Assembly (NCBI RefSeq): GCF_006345805.1
Contig: NW_021827788.1
Location: 1 to 9,744 of the forward strand
DNA length: 9,744 nucleotides
Origin: Octopus sinensis
Lineage: Eukaryota
Direction of reading: 5' to 3'
Shown here piece by piece: positions 1 to 7,041 of this stretch. Every line of letters begins with the position of its first letter. The first letter of the stretch is position 1. The notes under the pieces are model-generated. The model saw only the letters and a program-made list of their open reading frames with translations, made no database searches and was not told the DNA's origin. The position numbers and the translations under genes were made by a program.

Positions 1-44
1 TTGTTGTTGTGGTTGTTGTTGTTGTTGTTGTTATTATTATTATT
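1..44. repeat. Compound (TTG)n(TTA)n microsatellite; probable 3' tail, (AAT)n(AAC)n, of the adjacent minus-strand element
   Basis: TTG units at 1-31 run directly into TTA units at 31-44. Confidence 0.9.
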
Positions 45-478
45 GAGAGAGCAGAGCATGCCATGAAAGTGACACTGGGGTAAAATATATGAAGCCCAGT
101 ACACCCATCATGACTACCCGTGTGATAAGGGTAAACTAGGCACATGCATCACAACCATATGTGCGCGACATGGTGATCTCATATCAAGATAAACAGCACA
201 TGACCTTGCACGTGGGGCCCAGTTGGAGTTTTCTTCAGGTCGATTAACCCATCCCGCTTAAAAGGTCCCTGAATAAGGGTTGTTTAAGAATGTTGAACGG
301 AACACACATGTTTCCAGAGGTGAATTATTCAAACCCCAAAGAATCCCTCTCAACACACGGCTATGATGCTCCCTCACAACTTCTGCTGCTCGTGATCAGA
401 GATGCACATATCGTCACCATTAAGAGCATGCTCAACTGTCTACGGTCAAACTTGACAGCAACAAATCTGTTTTGATCT
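45..478 (-). mobile_element. Probable 5'-truncated non-LTR retroelement (LINE 3' UTR or SINE body) of an Octopus-type interspersed family
   Basis: Complex sequence ending on the minus strand in an (AAT)n(AAC)n tail, with an imperfect stem-loop near 148-179. Family recognised from memory only; no second copy in the window and no RT ORF. Confidence 0.4.
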
Positions 479-485
479 GTGTATG

Positions 486-540
486 AGCATGGCCGCAGTC
501 AATGACTGTTGAAACAAGTAAGAGAGTAAAAGAGAGAGAG
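486..540 (+). mobile_element. Isolated 3' end of SINE family A
   Basis: AGCATGGCCGCAGTCAATGACTGTTGAAACAAGTAAGAGAGTA matches the 3' end of the full copy at 3848-3888 (AGCATGGCCGCAGTCAAATGACTGAAACAAGTAAAAGAGTA). Confidence 0.8.
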
Positions 541-554
541 AGTGTGTGTGTATG

Positions 555-598
<44 letters not shown>

Positions 599-640
599 TA
601 TATATATATAAATACATACTACATCACCTATATATATATA
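541..640. repeat. (GT)n/(TA)n microsatellite
   Basis: Direct reading. Confidence 0.95.
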
Positions 641-641
641 T

Positions 642-848
642 CCGTCGCCATGATAGATCGTTAGCCACTACACACATTTTTTCTTTCCTTGTTTCTCTCG
701 TCTGTTTTTTTCTGTGTCCCTTTCTGTAGAAGAGCGTATGCTCGAAACGTAAAAGACTTCTTTTCAATTCCTGAGCGTTATACTAATACATCTGTTTGTT
801 TTGTAAAACCACCTGTCTTCGTCTTGTTGTTTTTTCGTAAACTCTCCC
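642..848 (+). mobile_element. Short element embedded in (TA)n; probable Penelope-like element (PLE) terminal-repeat derivative
   Basis: About 207 bp of complex sequence with (TA)n on both sides. It carries a CTG..GAAG-hairpin-CGAAACGT motif of the kind found in PLE terminal repeats. Confidence 0.55.
716..757 (+). ncRNA. Minimal type-I hammerhead-ribozyme-like motif with variant core
   Basis: Helix I CTTT(720-723)/AAAG(752-755), extendable by GT(716-717)/AC(756-757). Core CTGTAGA (724-730) plus an extra A. Helix II GAGC-GTAT-GCTC (732-743), then GAA (744-746), palindromic ACGT (747-750) and a putative GUA cleavage triplet ending at 751. A6 is replaced by U. Confidence 0.5.
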
Positions 849-862
849 TATATATATATATT

Positions 863-915
<53 letters not shown>

Positions 916-942
916 ATATATATATATATATTATATATATAT
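849..942. repeat. (TA)n-(CT)n-(TA)n compound microsatellite
   Basis: Direct reading. Confidence 0.95.
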
Positions 943-1129
943 TTGCCGATTTCTGGTGTTCTACTGTAGTAAAATAAGACAACGAATAACAAAAAAAAAA
1001 GTTCGAAACGGTGATAAAAACTTTAAACTTCTTAAAGTTAATTTCAAAACTTAAAATATACATAGAATAATAACTGGTAGGGTAACACCAAACATATACT
1101 TCCGCTGTTCATTTTCGCAACCATCCCAC

Positions 1130-1330
1130 TGCATGTTGTTGTTGTTGTTGCTGTTAGTGTTGTTCTAGTTGTTTTTTGTTGTTGTTGATGTACACAGAGT
1201 GCAATTCTTTCGTTTGTCTGCCCGTCGAGTATCTGTTTCGCTTGTTCGTTTTGTGTTTGTTGTGTTTGTTATTTCTGTTGAGGCTGATGTTCTTGTTTTT
1301 TTTTTTGTTGCTTCTGTCGCTGTTCTTGAA
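1130..1330. repeat. Degenerate (TTG)n low-complexity tract (CAA-rich on the minus strand)
   Basis: Strong T/G strand bias with interrupted TTG units. Confidence 0.7.
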
Positions 1331-1422
1331 GCTCAAAACATTGATGTAGGTCGGCACATGGCCGATTCTCAAATGTTAACGTTTGACAGTTCAATGCAAA
1401 TAATAAATACATAATGACAGAT

Positions 1423-1468
1423 GATATATGATATATGATATATAGATACATATGATATATATGATATT

Positions 1469-1521
<53 letters not shown>

Positions 1522-1681
1522 GAATATATATAATACATATATATATATATACATATATATACATATATATATATACATACATACATACATACATACATAC
1601 ATACATACATACATACATTATATTATATATATATATATATATATATATGTACTATATATATATGTGTATATATATATACAT
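1423..1681. repeat. Compound (GATATAT)n/(TA)n/(TACA)n microsatellite
   Basis: Direct reading; source of ORFs 1269-1610, 1369-1614, 1391-1618 and 1520-1711. Confidence 0.95.
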
Positions 1682-1797
1682 ACAAACTGGGACAAGAACG
1701 AAAACATTTAGAAGACGATACAAAAAACGCGGACGGGACATTCGAAGCCTTCAATCTTCAGTCAAAAACCGGATCATCCTCGCAATTTCGGCTGATT
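1682..1797. mobile_element. Short interspersed-repeat fragment embedded in TA microsatellite (possibly PLE-derived)
   Basis: 116 bp of complex, relatively GC-rich sequence between (TA)n tracts, the same setting as 642-848. Family recognised from memory only. Confidence 0.35.
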
Positions 1798-1811
1798 ATA
1801 TATATATATAT

Positions 1812-1855
<44 letters not shown>

Positions 1856-1896
1856 CATACATACACATACATAAGAGAGTAATACACAGAGGCATA

Positions 1897-1929
<33 letters not shown>

Positions 1930-2270
1930 CTATCTATATATATGTGTGTATAAAAAGCATATACACATTCATATATGTATATGTTCATATATGTTTATAT
2001 ATGTAAGTATACACACACACATGTACACACATATTAACATCTATACTTATATGAATATATGTGTGTGTGTATATTAATATGTATATAAGTATATACATAT
2101 GTACATATGCGCATGTCTATCTGTGTGTGTATGTGTGTGTGTTTGTGTATATACATGTGTATGTATACATTCTTAACACGCTTGTTTGGATGCATATGTT
2201 TATACGCGGCTATGTGTGAGTGTGAGAAATGTGTCGCGTCCATGTATATACATTCATGTATATGCATATA
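1798..2270. repeat. Compound degenerate (TA)n/(TG)n/(CT)n/(CTAT)n/(CATA)n microsatellite block
   Basis: Direct reading; mostly alternating purine-pyrimidine. Confidence 0.9.
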
Positions 2271-2410
2271 ACTCGCACATTATGTCCACACAAAAGATAT
2301 GTGACCTTGACGAAAATGTGCATCTCAAAGTATAACAAAAAATGAAATGGCAAGAAGTCACACGCGACTCTAGATTTTGAAATAACAAACAATGGTGACA
2401 TTAGATACTG

Positions 2411-2530
2411 AAGAGAGGAAGAAGAAGAAGAAGAGAGAGAGAGAGAGAGAGAGAGAGGAAGAAAAGAGAGAATGAGAAAGAGAGGAAGAAAAGAGGGAGG
2501 GAGAGGGACAGAGATAAGTGAAGGTTGAGA
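2411..2530. repeat. (GAA)n/(GA)n polypurine tract
   Basis: About 100 bp that is almost entirely A/G on the + strand. Confidence 0.9.
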
Positions 2531-2593
2531 GATGTATATGTATATGTATATATATACAGGAAGTCAAGAGAGGAGGGAAAAGCTTGTAACATC

Positions 2594-2595
<2 letters not shown>

Positions 2596-2632
<37 letters not shown>

Positions 2633-2794
2633 GACGGGCTTCTTTCAGTTTCCGTCTACCAAATCCACTCACAAGGCTTTGGTCGGCCCGAGGCTATAGT
2701 AGAAGACACTTGCCTAAGGTGCCACGCTGTGGGACTGAACCCGGAACCATTTGGTTGGTAAACAAGCTACTTACCACACAGCCACTCCTGCGCC
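2596..2794 (-). mobile_element. tRNA-derived SINE family A, 5' half only, ending in (TA)n
   Basis: The reverse complement of 2631-2794 matches 3474-3637 with 9 substitutions in 164 nt (hand count). A-box-like TGGCTGTGTGG and B-box-like GGTTCAGTCCC are present. Possibly one of the described octopus OK/OR SINE families (unverified). Confidence 0.9.
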
Positions 2795-2809
2795 TATATA
2801 TATATATGT

Positions 2810-2844
2810 AATTTTACGATCTGCCGTTGAAAGGTAAAAGATCC
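2810..2844 (+). mobile_element. Solitary right terminus of a MITE related to the 6269-6701 element
   Basis: CTGCCGTTGAAAGGTAAAAGATCC (2821-2844) matches CTGCCGTTCAAACCGAAAAGATCC (6678-6701) at 20/24 positions. No partner left end is seen. Confidence 0.55.
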
Positions 2845-2907
2845 ATTCATTTGCTAAATTACAAAAATTTACCTTCTCAGTGCCGTCTCACTGACGTAAT
2901 AAACTCA

Positions 2908-3128
2908 TTGTTTCGGCTTCTAACTTTGGCCCAAAGCCAGAAAAGTCAGGAGAGGGGTTAAGTCGATTACATCGACCCTAATGCTCAACTGGTACTTATT
3001 TTATCGACAACGAAAGGATAAAAGGCAAAGTCAGCGTCGACGGAATTTGAACTCAAAGCGTATAGACAGACGAAATTCAGCTCAACATTTCGTCCGGCGT
3101 GCTAACGATTCCGGCACCTCGCCGCCTT
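2908..3128 (-). mobile_element. tRNA-derived SINE family B (Deu/Nin-like central domain), full length, 9-bp TSD
   Basis: Homologous to 3161-3380 and 9578-9744. B box GAGTTCAAATTCC on the minus strand. ATAAACTCA is repeated at 2899-2907 and 3129-3137. Confidence 0.9.
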
Positions 3129-3156
3129 ATAAACTCACTATATTAACTTCACATTG

Positions 3157-3380
3157 AGAAGGCGGCGAGCTGCAAGAATCGTTAGCATGCCGAGTGAAAT
3201 GCTTAGCAGTATTTCATCCGTCTTTACGTTCTGAGTTCAAATTCCACCGAGGTAAACTTCGCCTTTCATCCCTTTCGGGGTCGATAAATTAAGCACTAAT
3301 TGAGCACTAGGGTCGATGTAATCAATTGCCCCCCCCCCCAACCCTTGAACTTTCTGGCCTTCTGCCAAAATTTGAAACCA
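3157..3380 (+). mobile_element. SINE family B, full length, 17-bp TSD
   Basis: Head GGCGGCGAGCTG at 3161, B box GAGTTCAAATTCC, central GCCTTTCATCCCTTTCGGGGTCGATAAATTAAG. TSD ATATTAACTTC(A/C)CATTG at 3140-3156 and 3381-3397 (16/17). Confidence 0.92.
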
Positions 3381-3421
3381 ATATTAACTTCCCATTGTAT
3401 GACAGGCTATGAATACCTTTC

Positions 3422-3464
3422 TTCTTCTTCTTCAAAAAGAAAAAAAAAAAAAAAAAAAAAAAAA
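3422..3464 (+). repeat. (CTT)n followed by a poly(A) tract (25 uninterrupted A at 3440-3464)
   Basis: Direct reading. Confidence 0.9.
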
Positions 3465-3473
3465 TGACATAAA

Positions 3474-3636
3474 GGTGCAGGAGTGGCTGTGTGGTAAGTA
3501 GCTTGCTTACCAACCACATGGTTCCGGGATCAGTCCCACTGCGTGGCATCTTGGGCAAGTGTCTTCTGCTATAGCCTCGGGCCGACCAAAGCCTTGTGAG
3601 TGGATTTGGTAGACGGAAACTGAAAGAAGCCCATCG

Positions 3637-3671
<35 letters not shown>

Positions 3672-3888
3672 GTATGTTTGTGTGTCTGTGTTTGTCCCCC
3701 AAGCATTGCTTGACAAACCGATGCTGGTGTGTTTATGTCCCCGTCACTTAGCGGTCGGCAAAAAGAGGACCGATAGGAATAGTACTGGGCTTACAAAGAA
3801 TAAGTCCCGGGGTCGAGTTGCTCGATTAAAAAAAAAGGCGGTGCTCCAGCATGGCCGCAGTCAAATGACTGAAACAAGTAAAAGAGTA
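3474..3888 (+). mobile_element. SINE family A, full length (about 415 bp) with internal (TA)n/(TG)n
   Basis: tRNA-like head with A- and B-box-like motifs, a CTTGGGCAAG central motif, internal (TA)n at 3637-3665, and a 3' end shared with 486-540. Confidence 0.9.
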
Positions 3889-4634
3889 TTTTATTTTCTA
3901 TAGAAAAGAGACCCAAAGTCCCTCAGACAATTGTTCCTTATACAAGCGTGAAGTCTAAGGTGATTTTTTTTCAGGGTATCATAATAGAATGTTGTTGCTT
4001 TTATTCTTTTTTTCTAAAAAGAAGATTGGTTAATGGGAATCAGTTAAGATTCATCGAAACGAAACTCGGTTGCTATTTCGATTTACTAAGACACTGCATC
4101 ATTTCTACGGTATTGTTTATACAGCGTGCTTCGATAACTTATTTTAGGTTCGATTAGGTTGGACCAAAAATAAGAACGAAAAAGCAATGATATAGAAAAT
4201 AGAAAATAAAAAAAATAAAACCTTTTATAATAATTCAGAACCATCTGTGGTGAAACTCGAGCATCAAACTAAATTTGTTTCAGGAGGGGTGAAAAACCCA
4301 GAAAATAGGGGGGAAAAAATCATAAAAATGATTAATTTAAAAAAATAGAGAGAAAATAAAATTGGAATAAAAGGAAAGGTTATTAAACTGGTTGTAAATG
4401 AATATCGGCTTTAAACTCTGTTTTTTATTGATTACATTGTGCTGACGACATTAAGGAGAAACAAAATCTGTAGAAACAACATCGGCCATCACTAAATATG
4501 GTAACAGTAAATACGTAGGAAATAAAACATGGCGGAGTTGCACACAGAAGACAACCTAATACAGTAATTATATTTGCATATGTAGAATCTTGTTTCTTTC
4601 TTTTTTAATTTTAGTTGTCTATGTGGCCTTTATG

Positions 4635-4805
4635 GTGGAGGCGCGTGGCTTAGTGGTTAGGGTGTCAGCACCATGATCGTAAGATTCTGGTTTCGATTCC
4701 TGGACCGGGCGACGCGTTGTGTTCTATGGCGTCCCGTCACGCCATAGAAACTGGGAAACCGGGCCCATGAGCCTGGCTAGGCTTTAAAAGGGCGCATTTA
4801 TTTTT
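4635..4805 (+). mobile_element. tRNA-derived SINE family C, copy 1 (internally deleted)
   Basis: A box TGGCTTAGTGG, B-box-like GGTTTCGATTCC and shared 3' end AGGCTTTAAAAGGGCGCAT. It lacks the central TTGAGCAAAAC...GATGGAC segment present in copy 2. Confidence 0.9.
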
Positions 4806-5067
4806 TTGGAGGCGCGTGGCTTAGTGGTTAGGGTGTCAGCATCATGATCATCGTAAAATTGTGGTTTCTATTCCTGGACCGGGTGACGCGTTGTGTTCTT
4901 GAGCAAAACACTTCATCTTTCACGTCGCTCCAATCTACTCAGCTGGCAAAAATGAGTAACGCTGCGATGGACTGGCTTCCCATCCAGCTGGGGAACACAT
5001 ACGCCTTTGAAACCAGGAAACCGGGCCCATGAGTCTAGCTAGGCTTTAAAAGGGCGCACTTATTTTT
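4806..5067 (+). mobile_element. SINE family C, copy 2 (near full length)
   Basis: Same head and tail as copies 1 and 3. The central GTGTTCTTGAGCAAAACACTT...CAGCTGGCAAAAATGAGTA resembles CORE/Meta-type SINE central domains (from memory). Confidence 0.9.
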
Positions 5068-5301
5068 GTGGAGAGGCGTGGTTTAGTGGTTAGGGTGTCG
5101 GCATCATGATCGTAAAATTGTGGTTTCGATTCCTGGACTGGGCAATGCGTTGTGTTCTTGAGCAAAATACTTCATTTCACGTTGCTCCAGTCCACTCAGC
5201 TGGCCAAATATGGCGTCCCATCCAGCTGGGGAACATATACGCCATTGAAACCGGGCCCCTGGGCCTGGCTAGGCTTTAAAAGGGCGCATTTATTATTTTT
5301 T
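5068..5301 (+). mobile_element. SINE family C, copy 3 (small internal deletions)
   Basis: Head-to-tail with copy 2. Followed by TATGTGGTCTTAATG (5302-5316), which matches TATGTGGCCTTTATG (4620-4634) before copy 1 at 13/15. Confidence 0.9.
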
Positions 5302-5359
5302 TATGTGGTCTTAATGACCCTCCGGTCTACAAAGTGGAATTATTATGATTATTATTATT

Positions 5360-5572
5360 AAGGCGGTAAAATCGTTGACAAGCCGGGCGAAATGCTTAGC
5401 AGCATTTCGTATGTCTTACATTCTGAGTTCAAATTCCGCCGAGGTCGACTTTGTCTTTCATCCTTTCGGGCTCGATAAATTAAGTACCAGCGTAACATTG
5501 CGGTCGATGTAATCGACTGGTCCCCACCCCCAAATTTCAGGCCTTGTTCCTATAGTAAAGATTATTATTATT
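5360..5572 (+). mobile_element. SINE family B, variant 3' end with (ATT)n tail, tandem copy 1
   Basis: B box at CTGAGTTCAAATTCC, Deu/Nin-like domain, 3' CAGGCCTTGTTCCTATAGTAAAG followed by (ATT)n. The head carries a short deletion. Confidence 0.88.
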
Positions 5573-5790
5573 AAAAGCAGAATCGTTAGCATACCGGGCG
5601 AAATGTTTAGCAGCTTTTCACATGTCTTTCGGTCTGAGTTCAAATCCCGTCGAGGTCGACTTTATCTTTCATCCTTTCGGGGGTCGATAAAATAAGTATC
5701 AGTCAAGTACTGGAGTCTTGTGATCGACTTACCCCCTCCCCACAAATTTCAGGCCATGTGCGTATAGTAGAAAGGTTTATTATTATTATT
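5573..5790 (+). mobile_element. SINE family B, variant 3' end with (TAT)n tail, tandem copy 2
   Basis: Begins immediately after the tail of the previous copy and has the same domain order. Confidence 0.88.
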
Positions 5791-5817
5791 GAAAGTGAAA
5801 TAGAACAGTTGCTCAAA

Positions 5818-5848
5818 CTGCTGGCCTTGTACCAAAATTTGAAAGCAA
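5818..5848 (+). mobile_element. Isolated 3' end of SINE family B (type seen at 3355-3380)
   Basis: CTGGCCTTGTACCAAAATTTGAAA versus CTGGCCTTCTGCCAAAATTTGAAA in the 3157-3380 copy. Confidence 0.6.
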
Positions 5849-5891
5849 AACAAGAGAGATGGGCTGAGGGTGATGTAGTAATGGATTCGTA

Positions 5892-6265
5892 GCTGACCCC
5901 AGGTGGATTTGTACTCAGAACGTAAAGAGCAGCAAGGAGGATAGTCAATGCCGTAGACCCCATTTGTTGACTGGTACTTTATTTTATCGACGTCGGAGGA
6001 ATGAACGCCAAAATTGACTCCAGCAGGATTTGAACTCGGATTGCTTAGGATCGGAAAAAAAATACAACGAAGCAATTTTTTAGTGAAGCTTTTAACGATC
6101 GTGCCAGTTCACAGCTCTTTCTGATTACTAAGACACATAGCTCAAAGTCGCAATTATTGTGGAAGTGTATAGTCGATTATACGAACCCAAATATATTACA
6201 GGTACTGATTCGCTACCGGAGGGATAAATGGCAAAAACCATTCTCAGCGTGATTTCATCTCAAGA
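5892..6265 (-). mobile_element. Cluster of old, degenerate SINE B copies and fragments (about 5892-5932, 5943-6115 and 6171-6265)
   Basis: Recognisable reverse-complement motifs: ATTTGTACTCAGAACGTAAAGA, CTGGTACTTTATTTTATCGAC, GGATTTGAACTC, TAACGATCGTGCCAGTTCAC and AGTCGATTA...GGTACT. Confidence 0.65.
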
Positions 6266-6268
6266 TGT

Positions 6269-6701
6269 GGATCTTTTCGGTTTGAACGGCAGTTTTTAAC
6301 ATAATTTCTAGGTAACTAAAAAATTTTAAACTTCGTATACTGGTAGAATGTGTTGATAAAACATCTTTTTCTCTTGGCTTTATTGAGAAAATTCTATAGT
6401 TTGTAAGATATTTGTTGTTTTTTTTTCTTCAATTTCTGCAATTTCAACCAATCACTGACGTCTATTGAGGTAAAAAACATTCTGTGCCGTATGAATATGT
6501 CCCTCGTTTAAGAAACTGATTGGGTTTATTTACATTTGTGAAGAAAAAAAGATACCATTCCCCTAACCCTAACCCTAACCTTAATTAACCCTAACTAACC
6601 CTAACCCTAAAACAGATTAAAATGCAATAGGGTCATAATTATTGGTGACAATTTCATATGACACCGCTAGAAAAAAACTGCCGTTCAAACCGAAAAGATC
6701 C
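6269..6701. mobile_element. 433-bp non-autonomous DNA transposon (MITE), Merlin-like
   Basis: Perfect 29-bp TIRs GGATCTTTTCGGTTTGAACGGCAGTTTTT (6269-6297 and 6673-6701). 8-bp TSD CAAGATGT (6261-6268) / AAAGATGT (6702-6709), 7/8. GG...CC termini with an 8-bp TSD fit the Merlin superfamily. No transposase. Confidence 0.85.
6561..6610. repeat. Interstitial telomere-type (CCCTAA)n repeat inside the MITE
   Basis: Six perfect CCCTAA units with CCTTAA, TTAA and CTAA variants between them. Confidence 0.9.
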
Positions 6702-7041
6702 AAAGATGTAAGTTGCTGCCATTTTTATTTACGTCACCCTTTACGATTATAATTATTCATTTATGTCAAGGTCATTGACTGAACATTATTTCATTAACAA
6801 TGACAGCAATATTGCTGCTATTTTTCTTGTTGCGATTATTAAACTCTTAGTATCTTGCAATTGTGACTTAATAATACTGATTATTAATCTGTCAGTTGGT
6901 AGAAGTAATAAATATTTGAATTATCTTGGTCAGAAGGTCACAGAAATCTCATCGCGGGTGGCCTTTCATGTCTGTTTGGGGTCCGTATATTTTGTGCAAA
7001 CTTTGAAAGAATTGAGGTTCACACACACACGCGTGGTTTAA

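Noticed and set aside
290-475. 61-aa ORF
   Set aside because: No recognisable motif; it lies within a probable interspersed repeat.
1735-1768. Hammerhead-like CUGAAGA...GAAGGCUUC-GAAUGUC on the minus strand
   Set aside because: A15.1 is missing, helix II is marginal, and there is no helix I pairing around the GUC. At most a decayed PLE-type motif.
2270-2510. Minus-strand polypyrimidine tract plus CAG acceptor at 2408-2410
   Set aside because: The tract is a microsatellite. The one open downstream frame has no recognisable protein and no convincing donor.
502-2761. Many ORFs rich in YI/YV/CV/SL dipeptides (also 8405-8861 and 8816-9073)
   Set aside because: They are translations of (TA)n, (TG)n, (CT)n, (TACA)n and (GGT)n microsatellites.
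3322-3903. ORFs over SINE A and B (also 4844-5032, 5152-5361, 5458-5643 and 5703-6075)
   Set aside because: They lie wholly in non-coding SINE copies, and frames are not conserved between copies.
4153-4175. TTAGGTTGGACCAAAAATAA resembling a mariner left TIR
   Set aside because: No TA target site, no partner TIR and no transposase sequence downstream.
4526-4579. AACATGGCGG (YY1/Kozak-like) and ATTTGCAT octamer
   Set aside because: The ORF is only 12 codons, and isolated 8-9-mers are expected by chance in this much sequence.
4635-4710. tRNA genes at SINE heads (also 3474, 3161 and 9578)
   Set aside because: A and B boxes are present, but I cannot build a full cloverleaf and the sequence runs on into SINE bodies.
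4635-5301. CRISPR-like or satellite array
   Set aside because: Units are 170-260 bp SINE monomers with no short repeat-spacer structure, in a eukaryotic context.
6561-6610. True telomere or chromosome-fusion scar
   Set aside because: Only 50 bp, in one orientation, and enclosed in a MITE.
6644-6670. Imperfect hairpin followed by CTAG (Helitron-like 3' end)
   Set aside because: It lies inside an element already defined by perfect TIRs and a TSD, and there is no Helitron 5' TC end.
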